NCBI GenBank assembly: GCA_963803045.1
Contig: CAWDLC010000014.1
Span: forward strand, 114,003-178,002
DNA: 64,000 nucleotides
Origin: Candidatus Binataceae bacterium
GTDB lineage: Bacteria > Desulfobacterota > Binatia > Binatales > Binataceae
Reading direction: 5' to 3'
The notes below the pieces were generated by a model, which saw nothing but the letters and a program-made list of their open reading frames with translations, searched no databases and was not told the origin of the DNA. Positions 10,489 to 19,660 of this stretch are shown here, piece by piece; within the stretch, counting starts at the first letter, position 1, and each line of letters opens with the position of its first letter. The position numbers and the translations under genes are program-made.

Positions 10489-11802
10489 ATGATAACGCTG
10501 AAGCGTCGAAGCTGGTCGTCGCTGCTCAGTTGCTGTCTCGTGGCGGTCTTATCGACAAGTGGCCCTCCGCTCTCAGTGGCCTGGGCGCAGGCAGGTCCGG
10601 GAGAGGCTCCGCTGCCACCGCCGGCCGCGGCTCCGCTTCCACCAGGAGCCCCGGAGGCGCCGGCTCCGCTTTCAAGCGACCAACTCGAACAGTTGGTAGC
10701 GCCGATTGCACTGTATCCGGACGCACTCGTCGCACAAATCCTGGCGGGCGCGACTTATCCAATCGAGGTCGTCCAGGCGGCTCGCTGGCAGAGCGCAAAC
10801 GCCGGACTGAGCGGGGCCGCCCTGGCGGCGGCTGTCGACAGCCAGGATTGGGATCCCAGCATCAAGGCGCTGACCCAGTTTCCATCGGTGTTGGCGAATA
10901 TGAACACCAACCTGTCGTGGACCTCCGCGCTCGGCCAAGCCTACTATTATCAGCCTAACGACGTGCTCAACGCCGTTCAGGTGATGCGCCAAAGAGCGCT
11001 CGCCGCGGGGACGCTGGCAACCACACCTCAGCAAACAGTCCTCAACCAAAATGGCCTGGTCACGATCGTACCGGCCAATCCCGACATGGTTTATGTTCCG
11101 ACGTACAATCCTTTTGCTGTGTATGGCGCGCCAGTCCCGGTATATCCCGGATACTCGATGGGAGAGCTGCTTGGCGCCGGAGTATTGGGGTTCCTCGCCG
11201 GTGTGGCGGTCGGTTGGTTCGCAAATGAGCCTTGGGGATGGAATTACTGGAACACCGACTGGTACCACCATCACGTGATTTATCAAAATAATGTGTGGGT
11301 TTCGAATAGCAGCAGCTTTGCCTCTATCGGCGGCTACGGAGGCGGGTATCGCGGAGGCCGAGGCACGTTCAATCGCCCGGCTGGAGGCTACGCCGGCGCT
11401 CAGCGGGGAGGCGCCGCGGCAGGCTACGGAGCCGGCACGTCGCCGAGTCGTCCGGCCATTGCGAATCGTGAGATGGCAAGCCGCGAGGCAGGCCGTATGG
11501 GCGCCCCCGCCGAGGCCCGTCCGGGGGCCGGCGCCGGACCGTCGTACAGGTACAACGCGCCAGCTACGCGAAATATCTCCAGGCCGCAGGCAAATCCCTT
11601 CCGAGGCTTCGCCAAGGCTCCGGAAACCGGTCTAAACAGAAGCGCATTCGCCCGGATCTCTCCGGGTGGCGAGGCTCAGAGAGCTAGCGCCCGCGGTCGG
11701 GCCAGCTTCGGCCGTGCGGCGCCATCCGGCCGTCCCGCGGCGCGCGGTGGTGGCGGTGGTGGTGGTGGTCATGGTGGCGGCGGTGGTGGTCATAAGCGCT
11801 GA
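10489..11802 (+). CDS. secreted DUF3300-family protein with Gly/Arg/Ala-rich tail
   Basis: Signal peptide. QLEQLVAPIALYPDALVAQILAGATYPIEVVQAARW matches the DUF3300 signature as I remember it. SD GAAAGGAG upstream. Tail ends GGGGGGGHGGGGGGHKR. Confidence 0.7.
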   Translation: MITLKRRSWSSLLSCCLVAVLSTSGPPLSVAWAQAGPGEAPLPPPAAAPLPPGAPEAPAPLSSDQLEQLVAPIALYPDALVAQILAGATYPIEVVQAARWQSANAGLSGAALAAAVDSQDWDPSIKALTQFPSVLANMNTNLSWTSALGQAYYYQPNDVLNAVQVMRQRALAAGTLATTPQQTVLNQNGLVTIVPANPDMVYVPTYNPFAVYGAPVPVYPGYSMGELLGAGVLGFLAGVAVGWFANEPWGWNYWNTDWYHHHVIYQNNVWVSNSSSFASIGGYGGGYRGGRGTFNRPAGGYAGAQRGGAAAGYGAGTSPSRPAIANREMASREAGRMGAPAEARPGAGAGPSYRYNAPATRNISRPQANPFRGFAKAPETGLNRSAFARISPGGEAQRASARGRASFGRAAPSGRPAARGGGGGGGGHGGGGGGHKR

Positions 11803-11875
11803 ACGGAGAAGCTTGGAGGATAGGCAACGCAAAGCCCCTGTCGATACGAGGGATTACTAGCTTAAGGAAAGAGCA

Positions 11876-12979
11876 ATGCTTCAAGCGAGAGACGATAATC
11901 GAGCAAGTGGCATCGGCCGCCTAACCCTAAAGGTCTTACTCATCGGCCTGCTAAGTACGGGACTTGGTAGCGGGCAGCCGAGCTTTGCGCAGGAGTCAGG
12001 CCAAAAGACCTTCAGTTCGCCCGCCGCCGCGGCCGATGCGCTGGCCGCGGCTACAGCGAAACACGATAAGCAGGAAATGTTGGCGATTTTAGGTCCTTCC
12101 GCCGAGGACCTGGTCTCCTCTGGCGACCGGGTTGCTGACAAGGAAAACAACGATCGCTTCGTCGAGAAATATCATCAGATGCATCGGTTCGTTGCCACCG
12201 GCTCGGGACGAGTATTGCTATACATAGGCGCGGAGAACTACCCGCTTGCAATCCCGCTCCAAAAAAGCGGCGCGCAATGGTATTTCGACACGGCTTACGG
12301 CGAGCAGGAGGTTCTATATCGCCGGATTGGCTTCAATGAACTGAATGTAATCAAGGTATGTGGGGAAATAGTCAAAGCCGAGAAGGAATACTACGCGGTT
12401 CTTCATAACGGCGACCCGGTGCATCAATACGCTCAGAAGTTCAGAAGCACCGCTCAGAAGCAGGACGGTCTCCACTGGGAGGTCAAGTCAGGCGAGCAGC
12501 CGGAAAGTCCCCTGGGGCCACTGGTAGCCGAAGCCGCAATTGAAGGCTACGGACCTCACGCTCATCGTGCCGCGGGACAACCTCATCCTTTCCACGACTA
12601 CATCTACCGGCTGTTGACCCGTCAAGGGGCCGCTGCGAAGGGCGGCGCCAAAGATTATATCGTCGATGGCAAGATGACGGGTGGGTTCGCGCTAGTCGCT
12701 TATCCGGTTCGCTATCGGGACTCAGGAGTGATGACCTTCGTGGTCAATCAAGACGGCCAGATCTATCAAAAGGACCTGGGTCCGCAGACCGCGCAGATCG
12801 CTTCTGAAATGGTGGAATACAATCCGGACAACACCTGGCAAGCGGTCGACGAAACTGGGAATACGAACATCTCTGAGCTCAAAGCCCCGATCACCATCAG
12901 AAAGCTATCCCTCCCGCAGCCTTGGGGTGTTGCCACTCGGGTATTGCTCGAAGAACCCGCCGCCGGCTCCAATTCGTAA
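11876..12979 (+). CDS. secreted DUF2950-family protein
   Basis: Signal peptide. NELNVIKVCGEIVKAEKEYY, DGLHWEV...SPLGPLVAEAAIEGYG, GGFALVAYPVRYRDSGVMTFVVNQDGQIYQKDLG match my memory of DUF2950, the usual neighbour of DUF3300. Confidence 0.7.
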   Translation: MLQARDDNRASGIGRLTLKVLLIGLLSTGLGSGQPSFAQESGQKTFSSPAAAADALAAATAKHDKQEMLAILGPSAEDLVSSGDRVADKENNDRFVEKYHQMHRFVATGSGRVLLYIGAENYPLAIPLQKSGAQWYFDTAYGEQEVLYRRIGFNELNVIKVCGEIVKAEKEYYAVLHNGDPVHQYAQKFRSTAQKQDGLHWEVKSGEQPESPLGPLVAEAAIEGYGPHAHRAAGQPHPFHDYIYRLLTRQGAAAKGGAKDYIVDGKMTGGFALVAYPVRYRDSGVMTFVVNQDGQIYQKDLGPQTAQIASEMVEYNPDNTWQAVDETGNTNISELKAPITIRKLSLPQPWGVATRVLLEEPAAGSNS

Positions 12980-13000
12980 GGCTGACTCCAATTCGTAAGG
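12967..13000 (+). repeat. 15-bp direct repeat x2 (CTCCAATTCGTAAGG) separated by 4 nt
   Basis: Read directly. The first copy contains the DUF2950 stop codon. The repeat abuts the displaced polB 3' fragment. Confidence 0.8.
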
Positions 13001-13005
13001 ACTCC

Positions 13006-13113
13006 GGCAAGTTCGCGGCCGTCGCGGAAGACAAGGGCAAGCCGGTTCAGCCCCCGATGTTCGCCGACGCGCAAACTAGGTCCGAAGAACAGAGTGTGGA
13101 GCCCCAAAAGTAG
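13006..13113 (+). pseudogene. orphan, diverged copy of the polB 3' end (36 codons plus stop)
   Basis: GKFAAVAEDKGKPVQPPMFADAQTRSEEQSVEPQK* versus the polB C-terminus. The last 78 nt are 64/78 identical by my count, and both copies end at TAG. Confidence 0.7.
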
Positions 13114-13151
13114 CAGGGTCAAAGCCCCAAGGCTGGAAAGGTTGTAGCCGA

Positions 13152-14975
13152 TCATTGAAGCTGCCGCTGGAAGGCGTCCTGCAAAGCAGGCAGGATGGTC
13201 TGCCAATCGGCGACCAATCCTATATTCGCGCGCTCGAAGATCGGCGCGTCGGCATCGTTGTTGATCGCGACGATCGTATCCGCGCGCTTGAGACCGCAGG
13301 TATGGTTGGGCGCGCCTCGCACCCCAATCGCAATATACAGGCGCGGATCGATCGATTTGCCGGTTAACCCGATCTGCAACTGCCGCGGCACCCACCCCTG
13401 GTCCGTCACGCGCCGCGTCGCGCACATCGCGGCGCCGAGCACTCGCGCGAACGCGGCGGCTTTCGCGACCCCATCGGGTCCACCGACTCCCGCGCCGATG
13501 CCAACGACAACTTCGGCGCCTTCGAGCGGGACGATGGTGGTATCGAGGATCGAGTGTGCCTTTATGAGCCGGCTTTTCGGCGGGCTCAGCTCAACGCGCG
13601 CGATCTGAATCTCGGCTTGTTTGGCTTGCGATGGCGCCGCGAGTTCGAGCACGCCCGGCCGCACCGTCGCCATCTGAGGAAACGTTTTCGAGCAAATCGA
13701 CGCGACGATGTTGCCGCCGAAGGCCGGCTTGAGCGCGACCATCCGATTCTCCGAGTCGAGCTCGATATCGATCGCATCGCCGGTGAGCCCCAGGCTTAAG
13801 CGCGCGGCCAGCCGGGGTCCCCAGTCGCGCCCGCGCTCGGTCGCGCCAATCAAAATTCCCCACGGCGCGTGCATCAAGACGAGCTTCGCAACAGCCTCGG
13901 CCGCCGCTTCGGAGGTGTACGAAACCAGCGCCGGATGCTCGACGATCAGCACCTGGTCGGCGCCGAAACTCGCAAGCAGTCCCGCGTGTCGCGAGATGGC
14001 GCCGTCAAATCCCACCGCGACCATCGCGCCGCCCAATCGCGACGCGAGTTCATCGCCGCGTGAAAGCAACTCAAGCGTGCCGCGCGTGACGCGGCCTTCA
14101 AGGTCGGTCTCGCACGCGATCCACAGGTCATGACCACGATCGCTCGCACGCCGCGCCGATCCGATCGAACGGCGATTGTGCGTGCGCGGGTTGAGCGCGC
14201 CGATTGTTTCGAGCGCCGAGATCACCTCGGTCGCGGCGCGTTCGGCGTCGGTCGAGTTGATAAATTTACATTCGGTCTTCGGCGTCGTGACGACGCGAAC
14301 CTCCTGCACCCACGTCGGCGAACCCGTGAGTCCGAATTCTTTCGGATCGGCGCCGAGCTCCGCCGCGCACACGGATTGGATCGGCCTGGTCTTCGCTTCC
14401 TCGGAAGCGCCCGGCTTCACTTTGACGGGCTGGGCGATACGCTCGGCGCAGGTGACAACCGCGGGCATCCCGGCCTCGACTTCTTCGAATCCTTCGTCGC
14501 TTTCACGCTCGGCGCGCAGTCGGCGGCCGTCGATTTCCAGCTTTCGTGCGCCGGTTATCTGCGCGGCGCCGATTAGTTCCGCGATCTCAGGGCCGACCTG
14601 CCCCGTTTCCGCATCGAGCGAGTACTTGCCGAGCACAATGAGATCGAAACCTCCACGCGCCAGCCAAGTCGCGAGCGCACGCGCCGTTGCGAGCGTGTCC
14701 GCGCCCGCGAACGCGCGGTCTTCCAGGTGCACCGCGCGGTCCATTCCCATCGCGAGCGCATCCACCAGCGCGTCGCGCGCCTGCGGAGGCCCCATCGTGA
14801 CGACAGTAGTCTCGGCGCCGTGGCGATTTTTCAGCTCGACGGCAAGCGAGATCGCGCGCAGATCGAAGGCGCTCGTCACATTGGGACCGTCGCGCTTGAT
14901 GGTTTTGGTCGTGGCGTCGAAGCTGGCTTCCTCGACCAGCGGTATCTGCTTGATGCAAACGGCGATCTTGAGCAC
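13152..14975 (-). CDS. electron transfer flavoprotein, EtfB and EtfA halves in one ORF
   Basis: N-terminal half MLKIAVCIKQIPL...FDLRAISLAVELK (EtfB). C-terminal half ...YIAIGVRGAPNHTCGLKRADTIVAINNDADAPIF (EtfA FAD site). Arg/Ser-rich linker lies near 14130. Confidence 0.85.
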   Translation of the reverse strand: MLKIAVCIKQIPLVEEASFDATTKTIKRDGPNVTSAFDLRAISLAVELKNRHGAETTVVTMGPPQARDALVDALAMGMDRAVHLEDRAFAGADTLATARALATWLARGGFDLIVLGKYSLDAETGQVGPEIAELIGAAQITGARKLEIDGRRLRAERESDEGFEEVEAGMPAVVTCAERIAQPVKVKPGASEEAKTRPIQSVCAAELGADPKEFGLTGSPTWVQEVRVVTTPKTECKFINSTDAERAATEVISALETIGALNPRTHNRRSIGSARRASDRGHDLWIACETDLEGRVTRGTLELLSRGDELASRLGGAMVAVGFDGAISRHAGLLASFGADQVLIVEHPALVSYTSEAAAEAVAKLVLMHAPWGILIGATERGRDWGPRLAARLSLGLTGDAIDIELDSENRMVALKPAFGGNIVASICSKTFPQMATVRPGVLELAAPSQAKQAEIQIARVELSPPKSRLIKAHSILDTTIVPLEGAEVVVGIGAGVGGPDGVAKAAAFARVLGAAMCATRRVTDQGWVPRQLQIGLTGKSIDPRLYIAIGVRGAPNHTCGLKRADTIVAINNDADAPIFERANIGLVADWQTILPALQDAFQRQLQ

Positions 14976-15080
14976 AGCGACACTCCCCGTCCCGGCGAGG
15001 CTAGTTGAGCGCGTCGAGCGGATGCAACAAAGCGCGAGGTCGCGCTTACCGGCGCCGGTACGATCAGGTAGTTTCGCGAT

Positions 15081-15950
15081 GTGGGTTTGTATCGACTCGC
15101 GGCCGCCGCCGCGCTGTGTGCGTATGCTGTGGCGCTCGCGCCGACGGCGAACGCGGCCGCTCGGATGCGGATCGTATCGCTGGCGCCGTCGGTAACGGAG
15201 ACACTGTTCGCGCTCGGCGCGGGTTCCGACGTTGTCGGCGTTTCGCAGTATTGCGACTACCCTCCGCAGGTGCGTGATCTGCCGCGGGTTGGTTCCTTTC
15301 TGGCTCCGAATCTCGAGGCGATCATCGCGCTTCGCCCCACGCTGGTCGTCGGACTTGAACTGTCATCGAACGTGCGCCAGATTCGCGCGTTGAATTCGAT
15401 GGGTTATCCGGTGCTGCTGGTCAGCGACGACTCTTTGCAACAGATCGAAACCAGTATCGAAACGGTGGGTGCGCGAATCAATCGCCGGCCCGAAGCGCAT
15501 CGGCTCGTCGCGCAGATTGAGGCGCAGATCGCCGCAGTCCAACAGCGCTTGGCAAACGTAAAGCCGGAGCGTGTGTTGATGCTCGTCGGTCATCAGCCGA
15601 TCGTCGCGGTTGGCGCCGGCACTTATCTCGATGAGCTCATGCGCATAGCGCGCGCCGACAACATCGCCGCGGCCGCCGGCGAGCAGTGGCCGCACCTGAG
15701 CATGGAGTACATCATCGCGATGCGTCCCGAGGTCGTCCTGGACGGTTCGATGGGCACCGATGCACCGTCGCCGAGCGGCTTCTGGGAAAAATATCCCGCG
15801 ATTCCGGCGGTGCGCGACCATCGCGTCTTCGGCTATGCGCAGGATCCCATTGTCCATGCCGGCCCGCGCGTGGGACAGTCGCTCGAGATAATCGCGCGGA
15901 TGATTCATCCCGAAGCATGGGATCGCGCCGCCGGCGGTGCCCGCCAGTGA
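15081..15950 (+). CDS. ABC transporter periplasmic binding protein, BtuF / Fe-siderophore (cluster A) type
   Basis: Signal peptide, then RIVSLAPSVTETLFALGAGSDVVGVSQYCDYPPQ. Confidence 0.8.
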   Translation: MGLYRLAAAAALCAYAVALAPTANAAARMRIVSLAPSVTETLFALGAGSDVVGVSQYCDYPPQVRDLPRVGSFLAPNLEAIIALRPTLVVGLELSSNVRQIRALNSMGYPVLLVSDDSLQQIETSIETVGARINRRPEAHRLVAQIEAQIAAVQQRLANVKPERVLMLVGHQPIVAVGAGTYLDELMRIARADNIAAAAGEQWPHLSMEYIIAMRPEVVLDGSMGTDAPSPSGFWEKYPAIPAVRDHRVFGYAQDPIVHAGPRVGQSLEIIARMIHPEAWDRAAGGARQ

Positions 15951-16996
15951 ATCGGACCGCCGGCAATCCTGTGCCGCAGCGCAATTCCGCCGCGCACCTG
16001 ACACGCACCCGGCTGCTCTCGATACTGGCCGCGCTCGCAATTCTGCTAGTCGTTTGTGCGGTCGCAGGCGCGTTGTTTGGCAGCGCGCATATCAGCCTCG
16101 TGCGCGCATTTTCCGATCCCACCAGTCCCGATCACGCGATTTTCTTCGGCGCCCGATTGCCGCGGGTCCTGATGGGTGTGATCGTCGGCGCGATGCTGGC
16201 CGCAGTCGGAACGGCTCTGCAAGCGCTGGTGAGGAATCCGCTGGCCGAGGGCGGCATCCTCGGAATCTCCGGCGGCGGCGCGCTCGGTGCGATCCTTGCG
16301 CTCGTGATGTCCGCGAAACTCGGCGGCGGCGAGGCGGCCGTCCCGCTTTGCGCATTCGGCGCGGCGCTGCTTTCGACCGTGGCGGTTTACCGGCTCGCGA
16401 CGGTTGACGGGCAGCTTGAACCGTTCACGCTGCTGCTGGTCGGCGTGATCTTCAACGCGTTCTGGGGCGCGGCAATCATGCTCGTGAACAGCGTCGTCAA
16501 CTTCTACTACGCGCACAGCATTCTGTTCTGGCTGATGGGCAGCCTCGAGGCGCCGACCTATCGCGAAGAGGCGATCGTCGCGGCTTTGGGACTGGCCGGT
16601 TTCGCCGTCCTGATGTTTCAAGCTCGCGATCTGAACCTGCTCAGTCTCGGCGACGAGTCGGCCGGCGAACTTGGCGTCGACGTGGACCGGCTTCGGCGCA
16701 CGATCTTCGTCGCGACCTCGGTCATGATCGGCGCCGCGGTCTCCGTCAGCGGAATCATTTCGTTCGTCGGACTGATCGTTCCGCATACTTTGAGATTGGT
16801 GTTCGGCGCGGATCATCGGCTGCTTCTGCCGGCGTCACTGATCGGCGGCGCCGCATTCATGGTCGCGGCAGACCTGGTCGCGCGCGTCGCAATCGCCCCG
16901 GCCGAAATTCCGGTCGGCGCGATCACGGCGCTGTGCGGCGGCCCGTTCTTCATCTACATGCTGCGCCGCGAAGGCAGGAGACCCCTTTCCCTATGA
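15947..16996 (+). CDS. FecCD/BtuC-family ABC permease
   Basis: Multi-TM. GTGA start/stop overlap with the binding-protein gene (codon 88 of ORF 15686..16996). C-terminal GAITALCGGPFFIYMLRR. Confidence 0.85.
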   Translation: MNRTAGNPVPQRNSAAHLTRTRLLSILAALAILLVVCAVAGALFGSAHISLVRAFSDPTSPDHAIFFGARLPRVLMGVIVGAMLAAVGTALQALVRNPLAEGGILGISGGGALGAILALVMSAKLGGGEAAVPLCAFGAALLSTVAVYRLATVDGQLEPFTLLLVGVIFNAFWGAAIMLVNSVVNFYYAHSILFWLMGSLEAPTYREEAIVAALGLAGFAVLMFQARDLNLLSLGDESAGELGVDVDRLRRTIFVATSVMIGAAVSVSGIISFVGLIVPHTLRLVFGADHRLLLPASLIGGAAFMVAADLVARVAIAPAEIPVGAITALCGGPFFIYMLRREGRRPLSL

Positions 16997-17811
16997 CGAC
17001 GACATCGCGCGACACCGTCACCGCCATGCGTGCGAGCGCGATTCACGCGGGATATCCGGGAGTGCCCGTGCTGCATGGCGTCTCGATCGAAGTGGCTGCC
17101 GGCGAAATGCTCGCCATCGTCGGTCCAAACGGGGCCGGCAAGTCCACGCTGCTCAAGGTGCTCGGCGGCTCGATGAAGCCAGGTGCGGGAAGCGTCGAAC
17201 TCTTCGGCCGCCCGCTCGATTCGATCGATCGCCGGGAATTCGCACGCGCGGTTGCGTCGGTTGGCCAGGAAAACGCGGTCGCATTCCGCTTCACGGTGCT
17301 GGAAATCGTGCTGATGGGACGCGCGCCGCATCTCGGCGCCCTGCGCTTCGAGAGCCCCCACGATTTGGAGATCGCCTCCGCCGCGCTCGACCGCTTCGAC
17401 CTGCTCGATCTTGCCGCCCGCCACATTCAGGAACTGTCCGGCGGCGAACGCAAGCGCGTGTTCCTGGCCCGCGCGCTCGCACAGGAGCCGAAGATTGCCC
17501 TGCTCGACGAGCCGACCGCGTTTCTCGACCTTAAGCACGTCGCCGAAATTTTCGCGCGCTTTCGCGAGCTGTGCACCGACCGCGGCATGGCCGTAGTTGC
17601 GACGCTTCACGATCTCAATGCCGCCGCGCTCTATGCCGATCGCGTGCTGCTGCTCGCCGATGGCGCTGCCGCCGCGTATGGAACTCCCGCGCAAGTTCTG
17701 ACCGCGGAGAATCTGCGGCGCGTTTACGAGACTGAAGTGTACGTCGGGCGCAATCCCTCGACGGGTGCGCTCATAATTCTGCCCGCCGCACTTCCCAACG
17801 CACGCGCATAG
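16993..17811 (+). CDS. ABC transporter ATP-binding protein (FecE/BtuD-like)
   Basis: Walker A GPNGAGKST, signature LSGGERKR, Walker B IALLDEPT. ATGA overlap with the permease gene. Confidence 0.85.
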   Translation: MTTTSRDTVTAMRASAIHAGYPGVPVLHGVSIEVAAGEMLAIVGPNGAGKSTLLKVLGGSMKPGAGSVELFGRPLDSIDRREFARAVASVGQENAVAFRFTVLEIVLMGRAPHLGALRFESPHDLEIASAALDRFDLLDLAARHIQELSGGERKRVFLARALAQEPKIALLDEPTAFLDLKHVAEIFARFRELCTDRGMAVVATLHDLNAAALYADRVLLLADGAAAAYGTPAQVLTAENLRRVYETEVYVGRNPSTGALIILPAALPNARA

Positions 17812-17874
17812 CTTGTTCGGCGCGGCGACTGGCCGTTTGCCCGCTCGAGCGCGCGCCGGTACCCTATTAGGCAG

Positions 17875-18579
17875 ATGTCCTCTTCTGCGACTGAGTCTTT
17901 GAACCTCGTATTCGACGCTGACGACACGCTCTGGGATTCCAATATCCATTTTCTCGAGGCGTTCGATTTGTTCGCGGCGGCCGTTGGCGATGCGATCCTC
18001 GGTATCGCTCGCGCCGAGATTCAGGCCGCGGTGCGCCGCGCCGAACTCCGGCTTATCAAAACGCATGGCTACGGGCGGCGTCCTTACGTGATGGCGCTGC
18101 ATCAGGCGGCTGCCGAACTCGCGCCCGCAGGTCACGACGGATTGCGCGGCGAGATCGAGCGAATCGGTGCGCATCTGATCGAGCGCGACTGCGCATTGCT
18201 GCCCGGCGTCGAACCCACGCTTCAAGACCTTTCGCAGCGTCACCGCCTCCTGATGTTCACCAAGGGCCAGCGCGACGAACAGTTGCACAAACTCGCGCGT
18301 TCCGGTCTCGGTCCGCTCTTTGATCGCGTCGAGACCCCGCGCGAGAAAGACGTCGCTGCCTATCGCCGCCTGGTGCGCGACGCCGACCTCGATCCGTCGC
18401 TGACTTTTATGATCGGAAACAGTCCGCACTCGGACATCAATCCGGCCATCGCGGCCGGTCTGCGCGCCGTTTTCATACCGCATCCGCATACCTGGGATCT
18501 CGAGCACGAAGAAATCAACGATGCCGGCGACAGGATTATCGAACTAACTTCCTTTCGCCGCCTGGTCGAAGTATTCTAG
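17875..18579 (+). CDS. HAD-superfamily hydrolase
   Basis: DxDxT motif in LVFDADDTLWD; later GNSPHSDI. Confidence 0.7.
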   Translation: MSSSATESLNLVFDADDTLWDSNIHFLEAFDLFAAAVGDAILGIARAEIQAAVRRAELRLIKTHGYGRRPYVMALHQAAAELAPAGHDGLRGEIERIGAHLIERDCALLPGVEPTLQDLSQRHRLLMFTKGQRDEQLHKLARSGLGPLFDRVETPREKDVAAYRRLVRDADLDPSLTFMIGNSPHSDINPAIAAGLRAVFIPHPHTWDLEHEEINDAGDRIIELTSFRRLVEVF

Positions 18580-18587
18580 TAAATTCG

Positions 18588-19582
18588 ATGTCCACTGCCG
18601 AACTAATAGACAACTTACTCCCGCACAAGCTGATCGCTGCCGCTGGCGGCCGTGCAAAGACCAAGCCTCCCCTGGCGCTCCGGCCGCTGCATCGAATGTG
18701 GCGGCGGACTATCGATGCGATTCAGGTGTCCCAGGTAGACCTGCCGGTGCGCGGATTGCCCGGCGCTTTGCGCGGACTGGTCGCATGCCAGATAAGCGAC
18801 TGCCACGTCGATCGCGACGAGGATCTCGAACGATTGGTGCTCGCAGTCGAAGCCATCAATCAACAGCACCCCGACCTCATTTTCTGACCGGTGATTATTT
18901 TTCCGGCCCGGACACGATGCATCGCTATCTCGGCGCGTTTTGCGACGCGCTCAGGAATCTGCGCCCGCAGTCGGGGCTGTTTGCGATCCTCGGCAATCAT
19001 GACCATTGGTCGTCGGCCGAGCGGATCACCGACGCGCTCAAGCGCGCCGGTGCCGACGTGCTTGCCAATGACAGCCGTCGGCTCTCACTGCGCAATGAGA
19101 AACTCGTAGTCGTCGGCATTGATGATCTGTGGTCGCGGCGCGCGGAGCCTGCGCGCGCGTTTGGCGACGTCAACCGCGATGACTGCACGATCGTGCTTGC
19201 CCATAATCCCGACACTGCGCTGTACACGCGCCATCTGAAGCCGGGCGTGATGCTCTCCGGCCACACGCATGGCGGTGTCGTGCGAATTCCGTTTTACGGA
19301 TCGCCGCTCAAATCGGTCCTGCGCATCGGCAAAGAATTCTACGCGGGCCTGAACCGCTACGAAGACTTTTACATCTACACCAATCGCGGTCTCGGCACGT
19401 TCTGGCTCAGGATCCGCATCAATTGTCGGCCGGAAGTCTCGCGCTTCTCGCTGACTCCTCTCACCGACGTACCGCACGCCGAGAAATCGGATTCGACCGC
19501 GAAACTGCATCTGTTGAAGCGGGTGCGCCGCCGCCGGACGCCGCGCCCCGTCACTCATCGGCCCCATCGAAAGCACGTCTAG
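18588..19582 (+). pseudogene. metallophosphoesterase (YaeI/YkuE-like), one frameshift
   Basis: Motifs SDCHVD, GDY, GNHD, GHTHGG. The frame breaks at about 18885, where PDLIF|LTGDYF is split (ATTTTCTGACC, apparently one C short). Confidence 0.75.
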
Positions 19583-19660
19583 CTTCATCGCGCGCGAGTT
19601 GTTCTTCTCCGGCGGGCGAAGCCAGTAGCCTTGCCACGTATTCAAGCTCACAATCAATCG

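Larger units (their letters stand above)
10305..13005. other. putative inserted two-gene cassette (DUF3300 + DUF2950) between the two polB 3'-end copies
   Basis: AT-richer leader at 10305..10488. Bounded by homologous polB 3' ends. No recombinase inside. Confidence 0.45.

Noticed and set aside
12922-13113. 63-aa ORF called in the track after the DUF2950 gene.
   Set aside because: Its C-terminal half is simply the displaced copy of the polB 3' end, and its N-terminal part is junction sequence. I treat it as a gene fragment, not a gene.
7968-13113. PolB as part of a self-replicating mobile element (pipolin/casposon-like), given the nearby repeats.
   Set aside because: There is no integrase, Cas1 or terminal inverted repeats. 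The repeat is a duplicated gene end flanking only two secreted-protein genes, and polB itself lies outside the repeated block.
14976-15080. Possible cobalamin riboswitch upstream of the BtuF-like ABC operon.
   Set aside because: The spacer is only about 105 nt, and I see no B12-box-like GCCACUG core or the expected multi-stem architecture.
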